Below, in pieces: positions 9,782 through 19,831 of a stretch of DNA of 61,355 bases. Below the pieces are notes generated by a model. That model saw only the letters and a program-made list of their open reading frames with translations, had not been told where the DNA came from and searched no databases. The stretch is from Chlorobiota bacterium (GTDB taxonomy: Bacteria; Bacteroidota; Ignavibacteria; Kapaibacteriales; UBA2268), in assembly GCA_039810525.1 (NCBI GenBank), contig JBDHXE010000001.1:1-61355 (forward strand). Direction: 5' to 3'. The translations under genes were made by a program, and so were the position numbers. Each line of letters starts with the position of its first letter. The stretch's first letter is position 1.

Positions 9782-10181
9782 AAAGGATTTTACTTCAAAT
9801 TTACTATTTTTATGTCCAGCTATAATTTGGATGTGTATTATTACTTATTTGTCATCTCAGGAGCATTTGCCAGATGTACAAGAGTTATTTAAAAATGCAG
9901 ATAAGGTAGCTCATTTTGGTGTATATTTTATTCTAAGTATATTATTGATGATAGGTATTTCTAGCAATTTTAGAATAAAAAGGGAACTAAGTATATTTTT
10001 TGTATTTATAATTGGTTCAGGTTTTGCAGCATTAGATGAATACCACCAATCTTTTGTGCCGAATCGCACACCTGATTTTTATGATTTAATAGCGGATGTA
10101 ATTGGCATTATACTAGGTGTAATTTTATATAAATATATAGTGAGAATTGTATCCAAAATTCCATTTTTTAAAAAATTATAA
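9765..10181 (+). CDS. VanZ-like family membrane protein
   Basis: Four TM helices. ADKVAHFGVYFIL and ALDEYHQSFVPNRTPDFYDLIADVIG match the VanZ-like signature. Confidence 0.7.
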   Translation: MLILNKKDFTSNLLFLCPAIIWMCIITYLSSQEHLPDVQELFKNADKVAHFGVYFILSILLMIGISSNFRIKRELSIFFVFIIGSGFAALDEYHQSFVPNRTPDFYDLIADVIGIILGVILYKYIVRIVSKIPFFKKL

Positions 10182-10266
10182 TATAATTTTATTACATTTG
10201 AACAAAATAAATTAATACTTTTTGTATTCTTAATTATTAGAATATTTAACTAAAACAAACAACAAA

Positions 10267-11769
10267 GTGTATATAACAAATAAATTAAATTATATATTAT
10301 TATTTTGGTCTTTTACTATATCAATTGTTAGTCAACCTATTGATAATAAAAGGAATATAGTAATCAACAATTATTCGATTAACGATAAGCTGATAAATTT
10401 TTCTAATCAAGAGATTTTCCTTTCTTCTAACGACTCTATTAGTTTTTTTTATGGATTAGAAGTTCAGCCAACTGCTAAAAAAGATGCTTTCTTGTTCAAA
10501 GTATCTCTTAAGGTAAATAACGATTCATCTGTAATAAATACTGGACAAAATTTTATAAGCTATAAAGGTCTGGCAGAAGGAAGATATAAATTAACTATTA
10601 CTGCATTCGATTTACAAAGGAAATGGAATGCTAAACCTTATGAATTAGAATTTGATGTAGATAACACAAAAGCTCAATTACAAAGGCAATTGGATTCTAT
10701 AAAATTATTAAACGAAAAGAATAAATCAATCAAGAATAATGATAGTTTAGAACCTCACGAGGCAATGCTTTCTATTAATTATATAATTGGTATTGGTATA
10801 TCTTTGGTTGCAATATTGATTTTTGTTATTATCTTTGTAAAAAGAAAACAAATTGGTTTTAATAATCAAAGGGGCAAAATAATGGATAATAAAAGTAATA
10901 CTATAGAAGAATTGAATTTATTAAAGACTGAGAATAGCGAACTTAGGGCCGAGATAGCTGAATTGAGAGGGCAGATAGATGCTTTGAATGCTAGAGGTGA
11001 ATTGCTTAATAAGCAAAATAAGGAGTTACAAAGTAATCTTAATAAATTAGAACATAGTAAAGATGAATTGGAGGAATTACAAAAGCAAAAAGACGAATTG
11101 TTTGCTGTTATTATTCACGATATCAAAAACCCTGCATCTCTTATTAAGTCCCTAGTAGAATTGCTTACTTCTTATGATTTAACTGCAAGCGAACAGCAAG
11201 AAATTATTCAAGATATAGCTCAAACTACAAGCAAAATTGTATCTCTTTCGCAAGAAGTAACTAAAATTTTATCATTAGAAAGTAGTACTGTTCATCTAAA
11301 TTATGATTTAATCGATATTAATGAGGTAATTAAAGATGTAAACCAGAAGAATCAAATTGCGGCAAAAAATAAATCTATCAATTTATTCACAGAATTGATG
11401 GAAAAGCTACCACAAGGAGAATTCGACCATCAGAAAATAGATGAAGTTATTGACAATTTGGTATCTAATGCTATTAAATTTACTCCTAATGGTGGAGCAA
11501 TAAGAATTAAATCGAGCAAAGAACTAAATAATTTAGTGGTAGAAGTAAGTGATAATGGATTAGGCCTTACTGAGGAAGATCTTAAGCAGACTTTTAAACG
11601 AGGGATCAAATTATCTGCTCAGCCAACTGCGGGCGAATCATCTACAGGCTTAGGCTTATGGATAGTCAAAAAATTAGTAGAGAGCCATAACGGTAGAGTC
11701 TGGGTCAAAAGTACTCTGGGTAAAGGTTCTACTTTTGCATTTTCAATTCCTTTAAAAAGAGAAAAATAG
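10267..11769 (+). CDS. sensor histidine kinase (periplasmic Y_Y_Y-like Ig domain, TM, coiled coil, HisKA, HATPase_c)
   Basis: H-box FAVIIHDIKNP, N-box DNLVSNAIKFT, and G-boxes DNGLGL and GLGLWIVKKL. The N-terminal YKGLAEGRYKLTITAFD resembles the Y_Y_Y domain. The start codon is GTG. Confidence 0.8.
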   Translation: MYITNKLNYILLFWSFTISIVSQPIDNKRNIVINNYSINDKLINFSNQEIFLSSNDSISFFYGLEVQPTAKKDAFLFKVSLKVNNDSSVINTGQNFISYKGLAEGRYKLTITAFDLQRKWNAKPYELEFDVDNTKAQLQRQLDSIKLLNEKNKSIKNNDSLEPHEAMLSINYIIGIGISLVAILIFVIIFVKRKQIGFNNQRGKIMDNKSNTIEELNLLKTENSELRAEIAELRGQIDALNARGELLNKQNKELQSNLNKLEHSKDELEELQKQKDELFAVIIHDIKNPASLIKSLVELLTSYDLTASEQQEIIQDIAQTTSKIVSLSQEVTKILSLESSTVHLNYDLIDINEVIKDVNQKNQIAAKNKSINLFTELMEKLPQGEFDHQKIDEVIDNLVSNAIKFTPNGGAIRIKSSKELNNLVVEVSDNGLGLTEEDLKQTFKRGIKLSAQPTAGESSTGLGLWIVKKLVESHNGRVWVKSTLGKGSTFAFSIPLKREK

Positions 11770-11847
11770 ATTTTGATATTAGATCATATTAATTTTTAAA
11801 TTTTAATTATTTATTAACGTCTATATATATTTGTATATATCAAATCA

Positions 11848-13620
11848 ATGCGTGGTAATTCATTCGGCAACGAATATAGTAAGATAGATTTTCATTTAAT
11901 AAAAAGACTTTTAGTTTTCCTAAGACCTTATAAATATTACGTAATTTTAGCATTTGTACTAACAATTATCGTATCAGCTTTAGGTCCATTTTTACCTTAT
12001 TTAACTAAGACTGCAATAGACAAATATATAACTCCAAAAGATTATAACGGGCTACTCAAAATCACGGCATTCATTTTCATAATTTTGTTTATTAATAGTG
12101 TAGTAAGGTTTTCGCTCTCTTATCTTATGCAATGGGTAGGTCAATTAGTATTGAATGATATTAGACTAAAACTATACAATCATATTCAATTATTATCGAT
12201 GAAATTTCACGATAAGAATCCAGTTGGGAAAATGGTAACTCGTGTATCTAATGATGTAGAGGCTCTCAATCAATTGTTTTCGAGCGGATTGGTATTGATG
12301 ATTACTGATATTATGCTAATATTTTGGATATTAGGGTTTATGTTTTATACTGATACTAAGCTCTCATTTTTATCTATTGTTGTCTTACCACTTCTATTGA
12401 TAGCCACATCAATTTTTAGAAAGAAAGTAAGGGTATTATTTGCTAAATTACGAGCAGAAGTATCTATTTTAAATACTTTTCTGAATGAATTTATTAGTGG
12501 TATATCTACTATTAAGCTGTTTGGACAAGAGAGTAAATTGAATTATGAATTTGATATGATTAATTTGAGAATACAGGATTATAATATCAGAACTGTATTT
12601 TATTATTCTATATTTTATCCAGTTGTAGAAATGATTTCGGCTTTTGCAATAGCTATTATTTTGTGGTATGCTACTGGGAATATTCTTTCTGGTGTGATGA
12701 CAGTAGGTATATTGGTTGCTTTTTTGCAATATGCTCAGATGTTTTTTAGACCCATTAGAGATTTGAGTGAAAAATACACTACTCTGCAAAGTGCAATGGT
12801 GGCTGCAGAGAGAATTTTTCATACCTTAGATATTGATGATGAAATAGATAAAAATACTAATTTATTAGAGTTCGCTGAATTAAAGGATAATATAGAATTT
12901 AAAGATTTATGGTTTTCGTATGATGATTCCAAATGGGTATTGCAAAATATTAATTTTAGTATCAAAAAAGGAGAAACTGTAGCTATTGTAGGTGCTACTG
13001 GTAGTGGCAAAACGACTATTATAAGTCTATTGAGTAGATTTTATGATATTAGCAGAGGAAATATTTTAATTGATAGTATTGATATTAATTCTTATAGCCA
13101 AAGCTCTATCAGAAAAAAGATAGCTATTGTTCAGCAGGATGTATTTTTGTTTTCACGAAGTATTTATGATAATATCTCTATGGGGAATGAGAATATAAGC
13201 AAAGAAGCAGTAATACAATCAACTAAGGACTTGGGGGCTTTTGAATTCATAAATAGATTAGAATATGGATTGGATACAATTGTTTCTGAAAGAGGACAGA
13301 CATTGTCATCTGGACAAAGACAGCTGATTTCATTTTGTAGAGCTTATGTAACTAATCCAGAGCTATTAGTTTTGGATGAAGCAACTTCAAATATAGATAC
13401 TCAAACTGAATTGGTAATTGAGCATTCGTTAGAAAAATTATTGAAGAACAGAACATCTATTGTTATAGCTCATAGGCTCTCTACAATCAAACGTGCAGAT
13501 AAAATTATAGTACTACACAAGGGCCAAATAAAAGAAATAGGTACTCATAAGGAATTATTACAAAAGGGTGGATTTTACTCAAAATTATATCAAATTCAAT
13601 ATGAAAATCTCGAAGTTTAG
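11848..13620 (+). CDS. ABC exporter, fused permease/ATPase (MsbA/multidrug type)
   Basis: Six-TM N-terminal half, Walker A GATGSGKTT, signature LSSGQRQ and Walker B LLVLDEATS. Confidence 0.85.
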   Translation: MRGNSFGNEYSKIDFHLIKRLLVFLRPYKYYVILAFVLTIIVSALGPFLPYLTKTAIDKYITPKDYNGLLKITAFIFIILFINSVVRFSLSYLMQWVGQLVLNDIRLKLYNHIQLLSMKFHDKNPVGKMVTRVSNDVEALNQLFSSGLVLMITDIMLIFWILGFMFYTDTKLSFLSIVVLPLLLIATSIFRKKVRVLFAKLRAEVSILNTFLNEFISGISTIKLFGQESKLNYEFDMINLRIQDYNIRTVFYYSIFYPVVEMISAFAIAIILWYATGNILSGVMTVGILVAFLQYAQMFFRPIRDLSEKYTTLQSAMVAAERIFHTLDIDDEIDKNTNLLEFAELKDNIEFKDLWFSYDDSKWVLQNINFSIKKGETVAIVGATGSGKTTIISLLSRFYDISRGNILIDSIDINSYSQSSIRKKIAIVQQDVFLFSRSIYDNISMGNENISKEAVIQSTKDLGAFEFINRLEYGLDTIVSERGQTLSSGQRQLISFCRAYVTNPELLVLDEATSNIDTQTELVIEHSLEKLLKNRTSIVIAHRLSTIKRADKIIVLHKGQIKEIGTHKELLQKGGFYSKLYQIQYENLEV

Positions 13621-13665
13621 TTTATATTTACATTTATTTATTTAACAATTTTAAGTATTATTAAT

Positions 13666-14169
13666 ATGGAAGAACGAAAATCAAGTTATAGTTATCAAGA
13701 TTTAATCGATTCTGCTAATGGAACTCTCTTTGGGCCAAATGTAGGCAAATTACCATTACCAAATATGCTGATGATGGATAGAATTACTCATATTTCCAAT
13801 GAAGGTGGAAAGTACAATAAGGGTGTGGTAGTGGCTGAGATGGATATTAAACCTGATTTGTGGTTCTTCGGTTGCCATTTCAAAGACGACCCTGTAATGC
13901 CGGGTTCGTTGGGATTAGATGCAATGCTACAATTAACAGGTTTTTACCTTACTCATTGTGGATATGAAGGTAAAGGAAGGGCTTTGGGTTGTGAGAAATT
14001 ACATTTTACTGGGCAAGTATTACCTACTAATAAGTTAATTACTTATACTATAGATATTAAAAGAGTAATCAATATGAAATTGATTATGGTGATATCAGAT
14101 GGTACTCTATCGGTAGATGGCCAAGATATTTATTATTGCGAATCTATGAAGGTAGGCCTTTTTAAATAA
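13666..14169 (+). CDS. fabA: 3-hydroxydecanoyl-ACP dehydratase/isomerase
   Basis: Near-colinear with E. coli FabA: LPLPNMLMMDRI, DLWFFGCHFKDDPVMPGSLGLDAM, EGKGRALG and FTGQVLPT. Confidence 0.85.
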   Translation: MEERKSSYSYQDLIDSANGTLFGPNVGKLPLPNMLMMDRITHISNEGGKYNKGVVVAEMDIKPDLWFFGCHFKDDPVMPGSLGLDAMLQLTGFYLTHCGYEGKGRALGCEKLHFTGQVLPTNKLITYTIDIKRVINMKLIMVISDGTLSVDGQDIYYCESMKVGLFK

Positions 14170-14209
14170 TGTTATAAAAAAGTGCATAGTTTAAGTTCAA
14201 CTATTAGTT

Positions 14210-15112
14210 TTATTTAAATTTAAAATCATTTTTTATAAAATTATTATTGAATTTAAAAAGAAAGTTACTGAAAGTATAATTAATGAATTGATAAAAACCA
14301 AATGAAAAATATTTAGTAAAATTATTCCTATTTTCGAAATAGACAATGTAAAGTAAATAATTCAATGCTATCTTATCACTTCTTTTAAGGATACTAATAT
14401 TACTAAAATAAGCAAAAACCTCTTTTAATAAAAGTTTATGAGAATCGAGACTTCGGTGGGTTATTCTATTATTTTTATGTCTTCTGACAATATTTGTTGC
14501 TTCTTTAATATTTCCCGGTAAGAACTTAAAATGATAAGCTAACCTATACCATAATTCAGTATCTTGATGCAAATATAATTTAGTATTAAATAAATGTTTC
14601 TCAAAGATATATCTCTTAAAGGTGATTGAATTTGTATGGAAAAAACCAAAAAAACCTTGAACCATAATTCGAAATAGTTTATCTGGAGGAATATTTTTAA
14701 TAATAGTAATAAATTCTATATCCTCATTTCTATAATTTACTCTGGATGTTGCTTCGTAAACTCCATCGCAATCTGGGTTGCCAGCAAAGACTTGTTTGGT
14801 TGTAGTAAATCGGTTTGGTAAATAATAATCATCGGCATCTAAAAATGAAATATATTCATATTTAGCATATAATATCCCTAAATTTCTGCTTGCTCCCGGA
14901 CCTCGATTTTCATTATTTGGATGTGTAAATAATCTTACCTTTTCAAATTCTACATAAAGTTGTTGGCATACTTCTAAAGCATTATCGGGTGAACAATCTT
15001 CTATTAGAATAATTTCGCCTACTTCTTCTAAATTATTGGCAGATATTACAGCATCTCTTACAAAATTTGCTGCGTTATATACAGGTATTATTACTGATAC
15101 TTGAAATGACAT
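14210..15112 (-). CDS. family 2 glycosyltransferase, tandem paralog A
   Basis: MSFQVSVIIPVYNAA...EIILIEDCSPDN...FLDADDYYLP (the GT2 DxD context). The first ~200 aa are nearly identical to the next two genes; the C-terminus differs. Confidence 0.8.
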   Translation of the reverse strand: MSFQVSVIIPVYNAANFVRDAVISANNLEEVGEIILIEDCSPDNALEVCQQLYVEFEKVRLFTHPNNENRGPGASRNLGILYAKYEYISFLDADDYYLPNRFTTTKQVFAGNPDCDGVYEATSRVNYRNEDIEFITIIKNIPPDKLFRIMVQGFFGFFHTNSITFKRYIFEKHLFNTKLYLHQDTELWYRLAYHFKFLPGNIKEATNIVRRHKNNRITHRSLDSHKLLLKEVFAYFSNISILKRSDKIALNYLLYIVYFENRNNFTKYFSFGFYQFINYTFSNFLFKFNNNFIKNDFKFK

Positions 15113-15141
15113 ATCAGATCATTTTATTTGAAAGTTATTTA

Positions 15142-16032
15142 TTATTTTTTGATTATAATACGATAGTTTATTTTAAATAATAAACTTGGGAATAAAGAAT
15201 TTATATTTTTATAAGAAATTATTAATATAGTTTTAATTTTATGTGAATATTTATTAAAATAAAATAAAATAAATTTATTATTAAGGGCTTTTTTATTTTC
15301 TTTTTCAAGGTTCTTAATGTTATAAAAATAAAATAGTGTTTCTTGTAGAAATAATTTATAAGATTTATTATTTTTATGAATGATTCTATTCCCGGGATGC
15401 CTTCTAACAATATTTGTCTTTTCTTTAATATTCCCCGGTAATAACTTAAAATGATAAGCTAACCTATACCAAAATTCAGTATCTTCGTGTAGGTATAATT
15501 TAGTATTAAATAAATGTCTATCAAATATGTGCTTTTTTAATGTAATTGAATTTACATTAAAACGACCCCATGAACCTTTTAGCATAATTATAAATAGTTC
15601 TTCCGATGGGATAATTTTTCGATAGGCAACAAATTCTATTTCTTCATTTTTCTCGTTCACTATTGATGATGCTTCGTAAACTCCATCGCTATCTGTATTT
15701 TCAGCAAAAACTTGTTTGGTTATAGTAAATCGATTTGGTAAATAGTAATCATCAGCATCTAAAAATGAGATATATTCATATTTAGAATTTATTATTCCTA
15801 AATTTCTGCTTGCTCCAGTACCGCGATTTTCATTATTTGGATGAGTAAACAATCTTACCTTTTCAAATTCTTCATTTAGTTGTTGGCATACTTCCAAAGC
15901 ATTATCGGGTGAGCGATCCTCTATTAAAATGATTTCGCCCACTTCTTCTAAATTATTAGCGGAAATTACAGCATCTCTTACAAATTTTGCGGCATTATAG
16001 ACGGGAATTATTACAGATACTTGAAATGACAT
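15142..16032 (-). CDS. family 2 glycosyltransferase, tandem paralog B
   Basis: Same N-terminal sequence as paralog A, and the same 29-nt spacer sequence upstream of its stop as the next junction. Confidence 0.8.
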   Translation of the reverse strand: MSFQVSVIIPVYNAAKFVRDAVISANNLEEVGEIILIEDRSPDNALEVCQQLNEEFEKVRLFTHPNNENRGTGASRNLGIINSKYEYISFLDADDYYLPNRFTITKQVFAENTDSDGVYEASSIVNEKNEEIEFVAYRKIIPSEELFIIMLKGSWGRFNVNSITLKKHIFDRHLFNTKLYLHEDTEFWYRLAYHFKLLPGNIKEKTNIVRRHPGNRIIHKNNKSYKLFLQETLFYFYNIKNLEKENKKALNNKFILFYFNKYSHKIKTILIISYKNINSLFPSLLFKINYRIIIKK

Positions 16033-16061
16033 ATCAGATCATTTTATTTGAAAGTTATTTA

Positions 16062-17018
16062 TTATTTTTTGGTTATAATACGATAGTTTATTTTAAATAA
16101 TAAACTTGGGAATAAAAAATTCATTATCTTATATGATATTATTGTTATTGCTCTAATTAGATATGAATACTTGGCAAAATAAGTTAACATAAGTTTATTA
16201 TTGAAGACTTTTTTATTTTTGTTATCAAGGCTCTTAATGTTATAAAAATATAATAATGTTTCTTTTAGAAACAATTTATAAGTTTCATTATTTCTATGAA
16301 TGATTCTATTCCCTGAATGCCTTCTAACAATATTTGTCCTTTCTATAATATTCCCCGGTAATAACTTAAAATGATAAGCTAACCTATACCATAATTCAGT
16401 ATCTTGATGTAAGTTTAATTTAGTATTAAATAAATGTTTATCGAAAACATATCTCTTTAAGGTAATTGAATTTGTATTAAAACGACCCAATTTACCTATT
16501 AACACTATTTGAAATAGTTTTTCTGGAGAGAATTTTCTAGAAAAAGCAACAAATTCTATCTCTTCATTTTTTTCGTTTATAATTGATGATGCTTCATAGA
16601 CTCCATCGCATTCAGGATTCTCAGCAAAAACTTGTTTAGTTATAGTAAATCGATTTGGTAAGTAGTAATCATCGGCATCTAAAAATGAAATATATTCATA
16701 TTTAGCATTTAATATTCCTAAATTTCTGCTCGCTCCCGGACCTCGATTCTCATTATTTGGATGTGTATATAATCTTACCTTTTCAAATTCTTCATTAAGT
16801 TGTTGGCATATTTCTAAAGCATTATCGAGTGAACCATCTTCTACTAAAATGATTTCGCCCACTTCTTCTAAATTATTGGCAGATATGACAGCGTCTCTTA
16901 CAAATTTTGCTGCATTATATACGGGGATTATTACGGATACTTGAAACATTATAATATTAGGCTCTATTTGTTTGTAAATAAATGATATATTTGTAGCATA
17001 AGATTCAATAAGAAACAA
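16062..17018 (-). CDS. family 2 glycosyltransferase, tandem paralog C
   Basis: Same family. The true start is probably the internal MFQVSVIIPVYNAA (about 16949), which removes the overlap with the upstream GT2 that ends at 16964. Confidence 0.8.
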   Translation of the reverse strand: MFLIESYATNISFIYKQIEPNIIMFQVSVIIPVYNAAKFVRDAVISANNLEEVGEIILVEDGSLDNALEICQQLNEEFEKVRLYTHPNNENRGPGASRNLGILNAKYEYISFLDADDYYLPNRFTITKQVFAENPECDGVYEASSIINEKNEEIEFVAFSRKFSPEKLFQIVLIGKLGRFNTNSITLKRYVFDKHLFNTKLNLHQDTELWYRLAYHFKLLPGNIIERTNIVRRHSGNRIIHRNNETYKLFLKETLLYFYNIKSLDNKNKKVFNNKLMLTYFAKYSYLIRAITIISYKIMNFLFPSLLFKINYRIITKK

Positions 17019-18025
17019 TATATCACAATAATTACATTATTTAAAATATTATTATTATCCCAAATAGAATTGTTATTATTCAACTCTTTGAATGCTGATA
17101 AAATTCCAATTTTTTTTACATACATTTGAAAAAAATACACTCTCGTTTTTTTTAATGCTTTATTAATAGCTTTTTGATATTTACCATTTGTGGCAGAGTT
17201 AAATTTATAAAGTGTATTATTTCTATGTAAATAGTGATCTTTCATAAATTCAACATTATTTAGATTGACTGTCCAAGATTGCTCGCCAGACATATACCTA
17301 TAATTGCACATATTATCTGGTAAATACACTACTTTGGCTTGAGATGATAATAATATTGCTAAAAAGAAATCACCAGCAGTTTTTATATTATGGTACCATT
17401 CTGGTGGATTTTCAATTAATTTTTTTCTGAATAGCATTGAAGCAGTATGAAATCCCCAACCACCATTTACTATCATCTCATTACAATTCAAAGTCATAAT
17501 CTCATCGTTTTTAGAAGCTTTTTGAATTCTTGATTTGTTGTTAGGTATATCTAGCACATTTCCTGCATGCAAGGCTAACCCATACTCCTCATTTACCTCC
17601 AAAAATTCAACTTGCTTTTGGAGTTTTAGGGGGTCGGTCCAGTAGTCGTCTCCTTCGCATAGGGCGATGTATTTGGCAACGTATTTAGCATCTCTAAAGG
17701 GTCTTAGTGCAATGCGACGCTTTTCGCCCTTTCCAAATGTATTTTCCTTTTGGCAGAAGGCAAAAATTAGATTTGGGTACTTTATAGCGTATTCTTTTAC
17801 TATTTCAGCTGTTTTATCAGTAGAGGCATCTTCGAAAATACATATCCTAACAGGAAATGTAGTCTTCTGCATAAGTATTCCATCTATACAATCACGTATA
17901 TATGGCTCGTGGTTGTATGTTAATGTACTTGTAGATACTAAGGGTATTGTTCCTTCTTGCCAGACTTGTTCTGAAATAGGTATTGGTTTGGGAAGAGGAG
18001 TAAAGTTGTATTGCTGATTTATCAT
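16964..18025 (-). CDS. family 2 glycosyltransferase
   Basis: LVSTSTLTYNHEPYIRDCIDGILMQKT...IFEDASTDKTAEIV...CEGDDYWTDPLKLQKQVEFLE, a typical GT2 N-terminal domain. Confidence 0.8.
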   Translation of the reverse strand: MINQQYNFTPLPKPIPISEQVWQEGTIPLVSTSTLTYNHEPYIRDCIDGILMQKTTFPVRICIFEDASTDKTAEIVKEYAIKYPNLIFAFCQKENTFGKGEKRRIALRPFRDAKYVAKYIALCEGDDYWTDPLKLQKQVEFLEVNEEYGLALHAGNVLDIPNNKSRIQKASKNDEIMTLNCNEMIVNGGWGFHTASMLFRKKLIENPPEWYHNIKTAGDFFLAILLSSQAKVVYLPDNMCNYRYMSGEQSWTVNLNNVEFMKDHYLHRNNTLYKFNSATNGKYQKAINKALKKTRVYFFQMYVKKIGILSAFKELNNNNSIWDNNNILNNVIIVIYCFLLNLMLQIYHLFTNK

Positions 18026-18798
18026 TTAATATCTTCAGGTTTATTAATACGAATTACTTTTGCTGGAACACCAACAACTGTAGTATAATCGGGAATATCT
18101 TTCGTAACAACTGCACCAGCACCAATTCGAGCGTATCTGCCAATATAATTACAAGAGTCTAATATAATAGCATTTATTCCTATATACGCACCTTCCTCTA
18201 TTACTAAATTAGTAGGTATATTTATATCTAATCCTTTCTTATATTCTTCTAAATCCCTGTGATGCGATTCAATTACAACTCCTCTTGCTATCTTCACATT
18301 ATTTTTTATAGCAACTTTACCACTATAATCAATAAAAACATTCTTAGCTAATAAAACATTATCCCCTATTTTTATACTTCCTTTTAAATAATGTTGTCTT
18401 GTTAATTCTACCCCATACTCAACAAAGCAATTATCGCCCATATTATATCGCTTTTTATAAGCTAAGTTTCTTTTCTCTCTCAAGTGAGGTAATTCATATT
18501 TTTTTGAATTATATTTATTCAAAAATTTTCGATTCTCTACAAAATCCTTTTGCCACTTATCTCTTTCAATACCCTTAACTTTATACTCATTACCAATTAA
18601 TTCCCTTTCACTCCTCACTTTTTTATAAAACTCTTCTTTTAAATATTGATTAGACCACATCTTATATTTGAAAAAGCAATAAAACATATCAGCAACTATA
18701 ATAAATCTAACGATAGATGATTGGTTTTCTTTTATCTGTATTGATTTTGAATGTATTAGCGAATATTTTATTATTTGTTTAAAGCGACGATAATCCAT
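18022..18798 (-). CDS. hexapeptide-repeat (left-handed beta-helix) acetyltransferase
   Basis: C-terminal IGDNVLLAKNVFI...IEEGAYIGINAIIL...IGAGAVVTKDIPDYTTVVGVPAKVI. There is a 4-nt overlap with the downstream gene. Confidence 0.75.
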   Translation of the reverse strand: MDYRRFKQIIKYSLIHSKSIQIKENQSSIVRFIIVADMFYCFFKYKMWSNQYLKEEFYKKVRSERELIGNEYKVKGIERDKWQKDFVENRKFLNKYNSKKYELPHLREKRNLAYKKRYNMGDNCFVEYGVELTRQHYLKGSIKIGDNVLLAKNVFIDYSGKVAIKNNVKIARGVVIESHHRDLEEYKKGLDINIPTNLVIEEGAYIGINAIILDSCNYIGRYARIGAGAVVTKDIPDYTTVVGVPAKVIRINKPEDIK

Positions 18799-18926
18799 TT
18801 TAATTGCTTTCTAATTTTATATTTATAAATATATCAATTGTTTTTATATTATATTTTGTGACTAATTGATATCATTATATATGAGTTTGGTATCTAATTC
18901 CCATATGATTGACTATCTATTTAATA

Positions 18927-19706
18927 TTAAGTTAGTATGCTCGAAATATCTAATAATTCCCCTATTTTATAATCCCATTCTTGTGGATAAATTGGCTCCA
19001 TACCACCACCATGTGCAAAAGTCATTTCTCCAACATAAGGCTTACCGTCATATTCATAAAAATCTACTCTAACAAACGGAAAAGGCTTAGATAACTTTTT
19101 AGCAATATCTAACATTGCATTAAAAGAATTAGGTTTTTCTATTGGATATGATGCTTTTTTGAACTCACGTTCAAATGGCATTTCTTGCCAATCTAAATTA
19201 TAGAAATTAAAAGATTTATTTGTAAATCTTTCCGAAACTACCAAAACAAAATGAATTATACCATTAAAACAATAAAATTTATAATCCTTTAAATCATTGT
19301 TAGGTATTTCGAGGTATTCTTCTGCTAAAATTCTTGGGTGAATATTTTTATCCCATACCCTGAAGGACCTTTGGCAACTATTCCAAGGCTGTAACCACTC
19401 TGAAACTTCGTATTTTACTCTATCAATATCTTCTTTACTTTTATCATTTACAAAAATTATATTATTTGAAAGTTCTGATAAGTTAGATTTTATTACAAAT
19501 TTATTAGGCAATTCATCAAATAGTATTAAACTCTCATCATCCCAATAACCATAAAGTTTTGCGGTATAATCTTCACCAATTTTTTCCTTTATATACTCTT
19601 TAAAGGAAATTTTATCAACTATTTTAGCTAAATCAGTATGCGAATAATTCAAGCTATAATAACAGATTTTTTCATTAAATGATTTTGGATTAATTAAATT
19701 AGGCAT
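18927..19706 (-). CDS. TupA-like ATP-grasp family protein (possibly N-terminally disrupted, see findings)
   Basis: NLINPKSFNEKICYY...VIKSN...DYKFYCFNG...RVDFYEYDGKPYVGEMTF, as I recall the ATPgrasp_TupA family common in capsule loci. Confidence 0.65.
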   Translation of the reverse strand: MPNLINPKSFNEKICYYSLNYSHTDLAKIVDKISFKEYIKEKIGEDYTAKLYGYWDDESLILFDELPNKFVIKSNLSELSNNIIFVNDKSKEDIDRVKYEVSEWLQPWNSCQRSFRVWDKNIHPRILAEEYLEIPNNDLKDYKFYCFNGIIHFVLVVSERFTNKSFNFYNLDWQEMPFEREFKKASYPIEKPNSFNAMLDIAKKLSKPFPFVRVDFYEYDGKPYVGEMTFAHGGGMEPIYPQEWDYKIGELLDISSILT

Positions 19707-19831
19707 ATATCCAACTATATTTTAAAATGCACCTTTTAACCAAACTTCTCTTTGTTTTTTTGTTACATTCTGATGCATAAACCACGTTAGATAATCCATT
19801 TTCTTCATTTTGGACAATTCTTTTTTATCAA

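Larger units (their letters stand above)
14210..16949 (-). repeat. tandem triplication of a GT2 gene unit of about 0.92 kb
   Basis: Stop-to-stop spacing is 932 and 920 bp. The intergenic string atatcagatcattttatttgaaagttatttatta is repeated at both junctions (about 15110 and 16030). Confidence 0.85.
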
